DNA from: an uncultured Prevotellaceae bacterium
GTDB lineage: Bacteria > Bacteroidota > Bacteroidia > Bacteroidales > UBA3663
Reading direction: 5' to 3'
Length of the DNA stretch: 64,000 nucleotides
Assembly: GCA_964567855.1 (NCBI GenBank)
Contig: CAZMOE010000004.1
Coordinates: 10,544-74,543 of the forward strand
Shown here: one piece after another, positions 19,002 to 28,530 of the stretch
Layout: every line of letters begins with the position of its first letter
Position numbering within the stretch: position 1 is the first letter of the stretch
The notes under the pieces: generated by a model
Seen by the model: the letters and a program-made list of their open reading frames with translations, nothing else
What the model was told of the DNA's origin: nothing
Database searches by the model: none
Position numbers and translations under genes: made by a program

Positions 19002-21227
19002 TTACTTCTCATCGGCCAGCGTGAAGTCGATCGTCTTACGCTCCATATTGACCGAAGCGACACGGATACGCAATCCGTCACCCAAAGTGAAGCGTCTGTG
19101 CGTACGGCGCCCGATAAGACAGAAATTTTTCTCATCGAAAACATAATGATCGTCGCGCAAATCACGTATCGGCACCAGCCCTTCGCAAAGATTCTCCTTA
19201 ATCTCGACATAAATGCCCCACTCCGAAACGCCGCTCACCACACCGTCATAAGTCTGCCCTAACCGCTCGGACAAATACTCTGCCTGCTTATACTTAATGG
19301 ACGCCCGTTCGGCAGTAGCGGCCAACACCTCCATATCCGAGCAATGCCGGCAATAATCTTCCCACTGCGGCGCAGGCACACTGCGTCCGTTTTGATCCAG
19401 ATAACGCTCCAACAAGCGATGTACCATCATATCCGGATAGCGACGGATCGGCGACGTAAAATGCGTGTAATAATCGAATGCCAGACCGTAATGACCTATG
19501 TTCTGGGTCGTATAAACCGCCTTGGCCATGGAACGTATGGCCAAGGTTGAGAGCAAATTTTCCTCCGGACGGTTATGAATATCCTTCATCAGCCGGTTAA
19601 TGCCCTGAGAAAGCTCTTTATTATTGCCCTGGGCCTTTAATTTATGCCCGAAACGGGCAGCCATTTCCGCCAGGCTTTCCAAACGTTCCTGGGTAGGCTG
19701 ATCATGCACACGATAGACGAAAGTCTTCGGCTTCCGCCCCTTGGGAACAATGCCGATGGCCTCTGCCACGGTCCGGTTGGCCAGCAACATAAACTCTTCG
19801 ATAAGTTTGTTGGCATCTTTAGACTCTTTGAAATAGACGCCGACGGGTCGCCCGGTTTCGTCAATATCAAATTTCACCTCTACACGGTCAAACGCAATCG
19901 CGCCCTCGGCAAAACGACGGGCTCTCAGCTGTTTGGCCAGCCGGTCAAGGGCCAGTATCTCCGGAGCGAAGTCTCCCTGGCCGGTTTCAATAACACTCTG
20001 CGCCTCTTCATAAGTAAACCGACGGTTGGAACGAATCACCGTCCTGCAGATACGGCTCCCGCAGACATTGGCATCATCATCCATCTCGAAAATAACGCTG
20101 TACGTCAGCTTTTCCTCATCCTGACGCAACGAGCAAAGCTGATTGCAAAGCCGTTCCGGCAGCATCGGCACCGTCCGGTCGACCAAATAAACCGAAGTGG
20201 CACGACTATAGGCCTCGCGGTCGAGAGCCGACTCGGGCCGAATATAATAAGTTACATCGGCAATATGCACACCAGCCTCCCAATGCCCATTAGGGAGCTT
20301 GCGAAGCGACAGCGCATCGTCAAAATCCTTGGCATCTTTCGGGTCGATCGTAAAAGTCACCACGTCGCGCATGTCCACACGCTGCGCGACCTCTTCCGGC
20401 GTACAGCCGTCAGCAATCTTATCGGCAAGACGCACCAGATTTTCCGGATACTTGTACGGCAGACCATATTCGGCCAAAATGGCATGCATTTCGGTCGTAT
20501 TCTCGCCACTCCGACCCAATATATCCACAACCTTACCCATAGGATTGCGAGAGAAAGCGGGCCACTCCACAAAATCGACCACCACCTTGTCTCCATCCTT
20601 GCATTTTCCGGAATCTTCGTTACGGACATACAAGTCTTTATCCAGCGTCCGGTTGTCGGGAATGACAAACAGATAATTGCCATGCCTCTGCGCCGTACCG
20701 ACAAATCGGTGCGGCACACGCTGGATAACCTCCACCACCCGGGCTTCCTGCCCGTTGTTCCGTCCTGCCTTCTCTTTTTTTGCAGCGACCTTGCCCGCAG
20801 CCCGGCCTCTCCGTACAGCCTTACCTTTAATGATCTGCAGTCTCACATGATCGCCCGAAAGCGCCTGCGAATCATTTCCTTCAAAAACGGTAAACGGTTC
20901 TTCATACCCTTCTACACGTACATTATGAATACCGTTGTGCCGGCGCTCAAAGATACCCTCCAGTTCCGGCTCCCGATGACGATCGGCCAATTTGAAACGA
21001 CCGGGAGTGTTCTCTTTCAGGAAACCCGTGGCCAAAAGGTCCATCAACATATGATAAACTTCCGTCCGCGCTGCACGGCCGTAAACTCCCAGTTCCTGCG
21101 ACAACTGCAAATAATTATAGGATTCGTTCGGATGCGCCTCAAACCACTCCACCGCACTCTCGATAAGCTTCTGGACAGACTTTTCCGATTTTTTTTCTTT
21201 TGCCATAATATCTCGTTCTTTATTCAT
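19002..21227 (-). CDS. rnr: Ribonuclease R
   Basis: 741 aa. RNB domain motifs (DPKDAKDFDDALS, VYLVDRTVPMLPERLCNQLCSL, HYGLAFDYYTHFTSPIRRYPDMMVHR) plus a C-terminal S1 domain. The start could instead be the internal MAKEKK at 21206. Confidence 0.9.
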   Translation of the reverse strand: MNKERDIMAKEKKSEKSVQKLIESAVEWFEAHPNESYNYLQLSQELGVYGRAARTEVYHMLMDLLATGFLKENTPGRFKLADRHREPELEGIFERRHNGIHNVRVEGYEEPFTVFEGNDSQALSGDHVRLQIIKGKAVRRGRAAGKVAAKKEKAGRNNGQEARVVEVIQRVPHRFVGTAQRHGNYLFVIPDNRTLDKDLYVRNEDSGKCKDGDKVVVDFVEWPAFSRNPMGKVVDILGRSGENTTEMHAILAEYGLPYKYPENLVRLADKIADGCTPEEVAQRVDMRDVVTFTIDPKDAKDFDDALSLRKLPNGHWEAGVHIADVTYYIRPESALDREAYSRATSVYLVDRTVPMLPERLCNQLCSLRQDEEKLTYSVIFEMDDDANVCGSRICRTVIRSNRRFTYEEAQSVIETGQGDFAPEILALDRLAKQLRARRFAEGAIAFDRVEVKFDIDETGRPVGVYFKESKDANKLIEEFMLLANRTVAEAIGIVPKGRKPKTFVYRVHDQPTQERLESLAEMAARFGHKLKAQGNNKELSQGINRLMKDIHNRPEENLLSTLAIRSMAKAVYTTQNIGHYGLAFDYYTHFTSPIRRYPDMMVHRLLERYLDQNGRSVPAPQWEDYCRHCSDMEVLAATAERASIKYKQAEYLSERLGQTYDGVVSGVSEWGIYVEIKENLCEGLVPIRDLRDDHYVFDEKNFCLIGRRTHRRFTLGDGLRIRVASVNMERKTIDFTLADEK

Positions 21228-21512
21228 TCCCCTCCCGGCACGACAGCAAAACCGCGATCTCGAAAGGTCTCTGCAAACCTACTGATTTTTTTCCATCCGG
21301 ACAACATCCGAAACTGAAAATCGGCGTTTTTTACCTCTTCTGCCGTAAAGGCATATCATTCCGCCAGCCTGTCCGCAACATTACTGTCAGTCAACGGATG
21401 AAAAAGATTATTAAAATAAAACATCCGTACGAAAATTTTCCGTATTTTTGCCTCCGGTTTGCTCTGTCACGGCGACAGACACAGATTCCAACCCACAATC
21501 AACGCTTTCACA

Positions 21513-23072
21513 ATGACGTCCAAACGCAGATTCCACAGCCCGCACCATTCCCTCCGGCATCTCGCCCGCCCCGTTTTTCTCACAATGCTTTTCCTGCTTG
21601 CTCTCTGCCCGTGGCTGACAGCCTGCGACGACGAAATCGCCACCGGCAGCAATATCCAGCCGGAATTTTCGACCGACACACTTAATCTGGGGTATCTGCT
21701 GGCCGAATCCAGTTCGCAGACCTATCAGCTGATGATCTACAACCGCCACGGCAACGACCTCAGGCTTTCTTCCGTCTCCCTGCGCGAAGGCTTAGCCTCC
21801 GGATTCAGAATGAACGTAGACGGCATGAGCGGCACCGACTTTAACAATCCCGACCTATTGCGTATCGCCGCCCATGATTCCATGTTTCTCTTCGTCGAAG
21901 CGACCTTCCCGGCGGCCAATGCCGCTCCGGTGACTCAGCATACCGCCCACATCGATATCCGCTGCAACGGCGTGACCAGCAGCATCGTCCTCACAGCGCA
22001 ATGCAGGGAGGTCATCCGGCTGTATGGTGAAAGAATCGATGCCGACAGGACCTTTCCGCACGCGGCAGAGGTCCAGATTTTCGACAGCCTTGTGATTGCA
22101 GAGGGAGTGACGCTTACCTTGGCCGATAGTGTAACTCTTTATCTGCATGACAAGGCCGATCTGATCGTTTACGGAACTCTGCGCGCCGAGGGCTCCCCGA
22201 CGGCCCCCATCAACATACGCGGAGACCGTACGGACAACATGTTCGACAACCTGACCTATGACGAGCTTCCAGGACAATGGGGAACCCTATATATTAAGGA
22301 GAGCAGCCGCGGTAATCTGCTGGAACATGCCTATATCAGAGGCATGACAGACGGTATCCGCATCGACTCGGCGGCCGTCGACCGCTCCGGACTCGCTTTG
22401 CCCCGCCTCACCATCCGCTCCTGCCGCATCAGAAACTCTGGCGGAGCGCTCATCTGCGCCCATTCGGCCGACATGCTCATCGAGAACAGCGAACTGGCCA
22501 ACGCCGCCGGCTCTCTGCTCGAACTCTACGGCGGGGCCCACGACATTATCCACTGCACACTGGCCAACTACAATTTCGCGGCAGTCATCCAGAGCGTCCC
22601 CGTCTATTTTGCCAACTACGACACGCTCCGACAGACCGTCCACCCGCTCTACCGTTGTAACTTCGCCAATACACTCGTCTGGAGCAGGCTGACCGGCGAA
22701 AAACACAGCGATGTAGACTTCGACTTCTGGAAGATCGAGACTGAAAACGGCGAGTTTTACAGCGAGAAATATCAGATTTATTACGACAGCGTTTTCCATT
22801 ACCGTTTCGATCACTGCTTATTGCATGCCACCGGTGATGATGACGACGACTTCCTCGAAATCGTCTGGAACAAGGATCCGAAATTCCGGCTGATCAATCC
22901 GTTCAATTATGCCTTCGATTTCCGACCGGATGACGGCAGTCCGGCCATCGGCGCCGGCGCGGCGGAATATGTCACCCGTTGTCCGCTCGATCTCGACGGA
23001 ACCGTACGGACCCCAGGTATGCCCCCGGCCATCGGCTGCTATGAATACACGCCGGCAACACCGGCTCCCTGA
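21513..23072 (+). CDS. Right-handed parallel beta-helix repeat lipoprotein (function unknown)
   Basis: Start taken at MTSKRRFHS. Lipobox LTAC. Repeated beta-helix coil patterns (LTIRSCRIRNSGGALICAHSADMLIENSELANAAGSLLELYGGAHDIIHCTLAN). Confidence 0.6.
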   Translation: MTSKRRFHSPHHSLRHLARPVFLTMLFLLALCPWLTACDDEIATGSNIQPEFSTDTLNLGYLLAESSSQTYQLMIYNRHGNDLRLSSVSLREGLASGFRMNVDGMSGTDFNNPDLLRIAAHDSMFLFVEATFPAANAAPVTQHTAHIDIRCNGVTSSIVLTAQCREVIRLYGERIDADRTFPHAAEVQIFDSLVIAEGVTLTLADSVTLYLHDKADLIVYGTLRAEGSPTAPINIRGDRTDNMFDNLTYDELPGQWGTLYIKESSRGNLLEHAYIRGMTDGIRIDSAAVDRSGLALPRLTIRSCRIRNSGGALICAHSADMLIENSELANAAGSLLELYGGAHDIIHCTLANYNFAAVIQSVPVYFANYDTLRQTVHPLYRCNFANTLVWSRLTGEKHSDVDFDFWKIETENGEFYSEKYQIYYDSVFHYRFDHCLLHATGDDDDDFLEIVWNKDPKFRLINPFNYAFDFRPDDGSPAIGAGAAEYVTRCPLDLDGTVRTPGMPPAIGCYEYTPATPAP

Positions 23073-23150
23073 GGCCGTTCCCGCCCGGCATCCGGCGAAC
23101 GAATGCCGGGCAACACCGTTTTCCTGAACAATATACAGCATTTAATCCAT

Positions 23151-24545
23151 ATGTTTGCAAAAGAAATTTACACAGAACGCCGTTCCCGCCTGCAAAAAAA
23201 CATAGGCAGCGGACTGTTGCTCTTCCTCGGCAACGACATTTGCGGCATGAATTATGCCGACAACGGCTATCCGTTCCGGCAGGATAGCACATTTCTGTAT
23301 CTCTTCGGCCTCGACTTCAGCGGACTGGCCGCCGTCATCGATACAGACAACGACCGCACCATCATCTTCGGCGACGAGCTGACGATCGACGATATTGTCT
23401 GGACCGGCGTCCAACCCACCATCGCCGAAAAAGCAGCCTCGGTAGGTGTCGCTGAAACCCTCCCCATGGCAGCCTTGGCCGATTATATCAGAACGGCCCG
23501 AAAATCGGGGCAGGCCATCCACTTCCTGCCTCCTTACCGCGGCGACCATAAGATATGGCTTCAGGAGTTGCTGGATATCCCGCCTGCAGCACAGACCAGC
23601 GCCGCTTCGACAGAACTTATCTATACCCTTGCCGACATGCGCAACCACAAGGCGCCGGAAGAGGTCGCAGAGATTGAAAAATCGGTCGACATCTCCGTAG
23701 AGATGCACCTCACCGCCATGCGTATGGCCCGCCCGGGAATCACAGAAAAGGAAATCGCAGCCGCAGTTACCGAAGTGGCCCTGCGCAAAGGCAGCTATCT
23801 GTCGTTTCCGGTCATCGCCACCTGCCACGGAGAGACACTGCATAACCACGGCTACATCCACCGTCTGGAGGAGGGACAGATGTTGTTGCTGGACGCAGGA
23901 GCCGAAAATGAAATGCATTACGCCGGCGACCTGACTTCCACCATGCCTGTAGGAGACCGCTACACCTCCTGCCAGCAGGAAATCTATGCCATCAATACCG
24001 ACACCTATCATGCGGCAGTGGCCGCTTTGCGTCCAGGTGTCACCTACCGGGACTGCCACATACTGGCCTGGACGAAAATCGCCGAGGGACTGAAAGCTGT
24101 AGGGCTGATGAAGGGCGATCCTGCCGAAGCCGCCGAGGCCGGAGCCGTAGCGCTTTTCATGCCTCACGGCCTGGGGCACATGATGGGACTGGATGTACAT
24201 GATATGGAGAACTACGGAGAAGTGCACGTGGGTTACCCGCGTGGGGCACAAAAGGATCCGCGCTTCGGCTTCAAGTCCCTGCGCCTGGGCCGCACCCTCG
24301 AACCGGGCTTCGTCTTCACCGTCGAGCCGGGCATCTACTTCATCCCCGAACTGATAGACCAATGGCGCGCTGCCGGACGGTTCAAAGATTTCATCTGCTA
24401 CGACCGTCTGGAAGCATGGAAGGACTTCGGGGGCATCCGCAACGAAGAAAACTATCTGATCACCCCCGACGGCTACCGCCACCTCGGCAAACACAAGCCG
24501 GTAGACCTCGCGGAGGTAGAGAAGGCCAAAAAAGGCGAGTGGTAA
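23151..24545 (+). CDS. Xaa-Pro aminopeptidase (M24B family)
   Basis: Start taken at MFAKEIYTERRSRLQ. Metal-ligand motifs LLDAGAE..YAGD, HGLGHMMGLDVHD and VFTVEPGIY, plus IRNEENYL. Confidence 0.85.
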   Translation: MFAKEIYTERRSRLQKNIGSGLLLFLGNDICGMNYADNGYPFRQDSTFLYLFGLDFSGLAAVIDTDNDRTIIFGDELTIDDIVWTGVQPTIAEKAASVGVAETLPMAALADYIRTARKSGQAIHFLPPYRGDHKIWLQELLDIPPAAQTSAASTELIYTLADMRNHKAPEEVAEIEKSVDISVEMHLTAMRMARPGITEKEIAAAVTEVALRKGSYLSFPVIATCHGETLHNHGYIHRLEEGQMLLLDAGAENEMHYAGDLTSTMPVGDRYTSCQQEIYAINTDTYHAAVAALRPGVTYRDCHILAWTKIAEGLKAVGLMKGDPAEAAEAGAVALFMPHGLGHMMGLDVHDMENYGEVHVGYPRGAQKDPRFGFKSLRLGRTLEPGFVFTVEPGIYFIPELIDQWRAAGRFKDFICYDRLEAWKDFGGIRNEENYLITPDGYRHLGKHKPVDLAEVEKAKKGEW

Positions 24546-24605
24546 CCACCCGCTTCAAAATTTTCCGGGTTCCGACATCGTGAACGGTGCCTGCCGCCCG
24601 CCAGA

Positions 24606-24647
24606 AACAATCCCCGCTGCCACCGTCACCGGTCGCGGCGGGGATTG
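24606..24647. terminator. Hairpin terminator downstream of the aminopeptidase gene
   Basis: ACAATCCCCGC (24606-24616) pairs with GCGGGGATTGT (24637-24647), an 11-bp perfect stem. Confidence 0.5.
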
Positions 24648-24651
24648 TTCG

Positions 24652-24876
24652 TCATCTAATGATGATCTTGCCGTTATCGGCAACTTTTCTGCCACGATAT
24701 ACGGTGAAGTTATAGCTTCCCGCGCGCAGGCGACGGGTGTTTATCTGCATGTCAGTGGTTCCGTCCCAGCTGGAAGCACCGACAATGACATAAAGTCTAA
24801 ATTCTTTCAAACTGCCACTTATACTTACAATATTCAAACTAACAACGGTAAACACTTTAGCTGCGACAACTTCCAT
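24652..24876 (-). pseudogene. Orphan C-terminal sorting/FlgD-Ig-like domain fragment (remnant of a secreted protein)
   Basis: 74-aa ORF ending ...SWDGTTDMQINTRRLRAGSYNFTVYRGRKVADNGKIIIR*. It has the shape of a T9SS/FlgD-Ig C-terminal beta-sandwich. No signal peptide, and an in-frame stop lies two codons upstream of the Met. Confidence 0.4.
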
Positions 24877-24962
24877 ACCATTTCATTCCGTCTATTACTC
24901 ATGAGTCAATATATTTTACAACATTATAAACTATAAATTGCCACCACTTCAAAGAAATTCAC

Positions 24963-24970
24963 TAATTTTG
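24963..24970 (+). promoter_or_regulatory. -7 promoter box (TAATTTTG) in front of the DUF1016 remnant
   Basis: TAnnTTTG match 16 nt before the out-of-frame ATG at 24986. Confidence 0.35.
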
Positions 24971-24984
24971 CCCCATATACATAA

Positions 24985-25380
24985 TATGTTATCCCTACGG
25001 AGATTCCCTCTCGCAATCCATCCAATACTCTCGAATCTCAATTTGCTGAAATTACAAATTATATTACAGAGGTTCGCGAAAATGTTTTCAAAATTGCCAA
25101 TACAGTCCTGATAGATCTTTATTGGCATATCGGTGAATGCCTGTCCCGTCGTATCGCTTCTGCAGACTGGGGAGATGGCATAGTCAAGCAATTATCAGAG
25201 TACATCTCCAAAAGCATACCAAACGCCAAAGGTTTTTCAGACAAGAACCTTTGGCGTATGAAGCAATTTTATGACGCGTATTCCTCCTGCGAAGAAAAAC
25301 TCTCAGCACTGCTGAGACAAATCAGTTGGACCAATAATCTTTATATACTTTCGAGATGTAAATGCCCCAAAACGAGAAGT
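24985..25380 (+). pseudogene. Truncated, frameshifted DUF1016/YhcG (PDDEXK nuclease family) gene remnant
   Basis: The open frame reads ESQFAEITNYITEVRENVFKIANTVLIDLYWHIGECLSRRIASADWGDGIVKQLSEYISKSIPNAKGFSDKNLWRMKQFYDAYSS..LSALLRQISWTNNLYILSRCK, the N-terminal third of YhcG-like proteins. The only upstream ATG (24986) is in another frame. Similarity ends near 25370 and the nuclease domain is missing. Confidence 0.6.
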
Positions 25381-25501
25381 TTTGCCACAGCCGACTATCA
25401 AACGACCGGAACAATTACCAAAAACGTCCCCCACACAAACTGCGTAGAGGACGAAATATCTGCTTCAAAACAGCGCCGGCAAAACCGGAAGAATCTTTTG
25501 C

Positions 25502-26299
25502 TCACTCGACAAGCTCTCCCTGAATGGCACCGATACGTTTCAGGGAGATAATGACCTTCAAAGGCTTGTGGGAAGGATCGGTGGAAAGCCAGACCTGCAA
25601 CGGCGTATGGTCGGAATCACGGCTCTTGAAATAAAGTTCCACTCGGTGGGAGTCGTAGCTCTTGCCGTTTTTCATTTCGCACGTCGTATGACCACGGTAT
25701 TCGACATACATCCACGTCATCCTGATACCGGAAAAAATGGGATATTGGAAACGGGTACCGGGAGCCATTCTGTCGAAATTCAGTTGGCGCATCACATAGA
25801 AGATGGAGAGCATATCATACCCGGGACCGGCTACCGAAAGACGGACATGGTCATTGCCCTTCTTATAACGCCATCGGTGAATATCGACGATCGTAGAATC
25901 GATGTTGGCAGGGGTAAGCGGTGCGGCGGGATCGTTGAAAATATAATTGTAATAGTTATGCTCCGTAGCGAAATAAGAGCCCTCGTTCGTTTTCTTAACA
26001 TATTCAAAAGGAACATAATCGATATTCATATAGGATTCCAATGTGTCGCGCACTTTCATGATCGCCTCGACAATGCTCAGCGACCGACCTGCCAGACGGG
26101 CCCGCAACTGCGGCCCGCCATGCACCGAAGTCAGAGAATCCAGGGTCAGAATCCCCGAACCGGCCTTTTTCCAGATAAAACCCCAATGATAATAAACATC
26201 ATATTTCAAAGACTCCTGAGTTTTGACCGCCCCCCGGAGTCCGGGAAAGGTCAGACATAACAACAGCACAGAAATCAAACATTTAGTAAATTGCATCAT
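25502..26299 (-). CDS. DUF3108 domain-containing protein
   Basis: 265 aa with a signal peptide. SLKYDVYYHWGFIWKKAGSGILTL is the typical DUF3108 opening. Confidence 0.6.
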   Translation of the reverse strand: MMQFTKCLISVLLLCLTFPGLRGAVKTQESLKYDVYYHWGFIWKKAGSGILTLDSLTSVHGGPQLRARLAGRSLSIVEAIMKVRDTLESYMNIDYVPFEYVKKTNEGSYFATEHNYYNYIFNDPAAPLTPANIDSTIVDIHRWRYKKGNDHVRLSVAGPGYDMLSIFYVMRQLNFDRMAPGTRFQYPIFSGIRMTWMYVEYRGHTTCEMKNGKSYDSHRVELYFKSRDSDHTPLQVWLSTDPSHKPLKVIISLKRIGAIQGELVE

Positions 26300-26363
26300 A
26301 TCAGTATTTCTTTAATCATAATCTACTTTTGTCTTCATTTAACGCATGGACAAACACTCCAGA

Positions 26364-28373
26364 CTACCGGCGGGCGGCCCCAGTGCGCCCGGAAGAGGCC
26401 CGGGATTTAAGTCCGCGCTCGGCATAATACTCGGCATTGCGGCTCTTCTTCTCTTCCTTCTGTTTCGGCTTGTTGATCTTCACCTCTTCAGGTTTCTGAC
26501 GGATAAGATCGGAAGAAGAGGGTGTCCAGTCCTGACTTAATTGCCAGTTAGCACGCAATTGAAGCTTTCCATTGAAATAATAAACCATTTCAGGTTGCTG
26601 ATGTTCGGCCAAATTGCCGGTATCAAAGCGTCCGTTACCGTTGGTGTCGACCACCAGACGGACGAAATAGTTACCCGGCACGACATGTACGAACTTTGCC
26701 TTGCCGTTGATAACGGGTGCCTGCTGCACGGGCTTGTCCCTATCGTTGAGAAGCTGTACGAAGGCCGGGGCATTGATACCGTAGATATTGAAAAGCAAAT
26801 GAGCATAATCTTCGGGCGTACGCTCCTGAAAGTCCATAGCTGCCGAAGCGATGGGGGCTCCCGCAATATCATGCATAGCAGCGGAATCGATCCGCAGACG
26901 GTAATTCCCACCCGGGGAATAATACGGTAGTGCCTGTACGATGTAACGCCGTACATTGACCGTATCCTGAATCCACCGGTAGGGAACCGGCTGCCAAAGG
27001 GAATCGACCCGTTGCTCCAGATAAATGCCTGCCGTATCGAACGAAGCCAAAGGCGCAGAGACTTCGAATACCGGCTTCTTGCCGATGTCGAGCACCCGCC
27101 CCATTAGAGCCTTGACGGTCATAAAGCGAACGGAAGAGGCAGTGTCTGCCGCAGCCTGCTTGGAACGGGAAGCATTCTTTTTGGAAATTTTATCTTTCAA
27201 CCCGCTGAAAAGACCGCCTCCCCCTTCCGAGACTTTCCGCACGGCAGGCTTAAGGAACGTCAGTGTGTCGGTTCTGGGGACATTGCGGCGGAGCGTATCC
27301 GTATAATAATAGGTAACGGCCGCCCGCAAGGTATCGCGACGGTAAAGAAGGGAATCGGCAAGCCAGAATGTCAGTGTGTCCAGACCGGCAGAGGCCTCTA
27401 TGACCACCCTGTCGTCGGCAAGCGAGGTAGTATCACCCAAAATGCGAAGCTCCGGCAAGGCGGGCATAGGTCCGGAAAAGCGGAAGGTCAACCGGGTGGA
27501 ATCGGGACGGGCATAGTCATCCATATACAGGCTGACTTTTTTCTCATTAAAAAGCCGCAGCACCAGATCGGCCGGCCCATAATCGATGTGTCCGTGTACC
27601 CGGATCGTATCGATGGTTACGGAATCGGCCCACACGGTGTCATGCACCATGCGATTCTCGATAGTAGGGATGACGAGGCTGTCAAGAAAAGCGATGTCTT
27701 CCGTAAAAAGATCGTAATGGTAGTTGGTATTGCCGTCTTTGAGAGCATAAACCGCGTAACGTCCGGGTGCTACACCAGCGATGCGAAACTCGCCGTAAGC
27801 GTTGGTCTTGGAGGCACGAAGCATCGGACGGGAAAGAAATGCGGAATCCCCCACTGCCACCGAATCCGGATAAATGCCGACGTAAGCACCGGTCACCGGC
27901 TCCAGATCCTCGGCATTAAGCAGAATACCGCCGATGACCAAGGAATCGATATGATCGCCCGTCGAGAACGTCAGGGCGAAATGCTCCAGAACGTTTCCCT
28001 CATTGTTGTCGACCACGGCATCGCCAAGATCGATCGTATAAGTGGTATTGGGAATCAGGGTATCCTGCAGCTCGATCGTTACCGTCTTGGCATTGCTCAA
28101 TATCACCGGCGCTTTCTGCTGAGGCGGCGATACGGTGAGTTTCTCCATGACGTTGGAGAGCTTTATATTTTCATTGAAATGGATCGTCATCTTACGATCC
28201 GACACATTCGTTGCGCCTTCATCAGGTTTGCTCGAACGTCGATAGGGCGGCGTTTCGTCATAAAGACCTCCACCCGGCGTACCCATGCTGGCACACCCGA
28301 CAGCACCCGCCACCAAGGCAATAGCCATCGCTGACAAAATCAAGCGATTATAAAAAAGTAAACCGCGAAACAT
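26364..28373 (-). CDS. Ig-like (SbsA-type) domain-containing lipoprotein, conserved Bacteroidales protein
   Basis: Start taken at MFRGLLFYNRL (ATG complement at 28371-28373). Lipobox VGC. DETPPY..SKPDEGATNV...MTIHFNENI Ig-like N-terminal module. CarboxypepD_reg-like GEFRIAGVAPGRYAVYALKD. Basic C-terminal tail. Confidence 0.6.
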   Translation of the reverse strand: MFRGLLFYNRLILSAMAIALVAGAVGCASMGTPGGGLYDETPPYRRSSKPDEGATNVSDRKMTIHFNENIKLSNVMEKLTVSPPQQKAPVILSNAKTVTIELQDTLIPNTTYTIDLGDAVVDNNEGNVLEHFALTFSTGDHIDSLVIGGILLNAEDLEPVTGAYVGIYPDSVAVGDSAFLSRPMLRASKTNAYGEFRIAGVAPGRYAVYALKDGNTNYHYDLFTEDIAFLDSLVIPTIENRMVHDTVWADSVTIDTIRVHGHIDYGPADLVLRLFNEKKVSLYMDDYARPDSTRLTFRFSGPMPALPELRILGDTTSLADDRVVIEASAGLDTLTFWLADSLLYRRDTLRAAVTYYYTDTLRRNVPRTDTLTFLKPAVRKVSEGGGGLFSGLKDKISKKNASRSKQAAADTASSVRFMTVKALMGRVLDIGKKPVFEVSAPLASFDTAGIYLEQRVDSLWQPVPYRWIQDTVNVRRYIVQALPYYSPGGNYRLRIDSAAMHDIAGAPIASAAMDFQERTPEDYAHLLFNIYGINAPAFVQLLNDRDKPVQQAPVINGKAKFVHVVPGNYFVRLVVDTNGNGRFDTGNLAEHQQPEMVYYFNGKLQLRANWQLSQDWTPSSSDLIRQKPEEVKINKPKQKEEKKSRNAEYYAERGLKSRASSGRTGAARR

Positions 28374-28469
28374 GGCGCGAAGATAAGAAAAAAGGCGCCA
28401 GTATAGCAGAAAATCACCCCTAAAAATATAAAAATGAACAGAAATGATGAGATTTATTGAAAAATATGC

Positions 28470-28477
28470 TACCTTTG
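28470..28477 (+). promoter_or_regulatory. -7 promoter box (TACCTTTG) upstream of secDF
   Basis: TAnnTTTG match 54 nt upstream of the secDF ATG. Confidence 0.45.
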
Positions 28478-28530
28478 CGCTTCGATTAAAGTGTAAAATC
28501 AAATTTAATATAAAAATTCACTAAAACATC

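Noticed and set aside
19644-21317. 557-aa ORF on the plus strand opposite rnr. Similar long mirror ORFs: 23142-24494(-), 56628-57872(+), 1525-2283(+), 3668-4495(-), 8443-9111(+), 25568-26260(+), 27588-28334(+), 29065-29934(-), 45601-46455(-), 51390-52133(-), 61662-62543(+).
   Set aside because: Each lies antisense to a gene with unmistakable family motifs. Each has Arg/Gly/Pro/His-rich, low-information composition and no recognisable domain. They are the usual stop-codon-poor shadow frames of GC-rich coding DNA.
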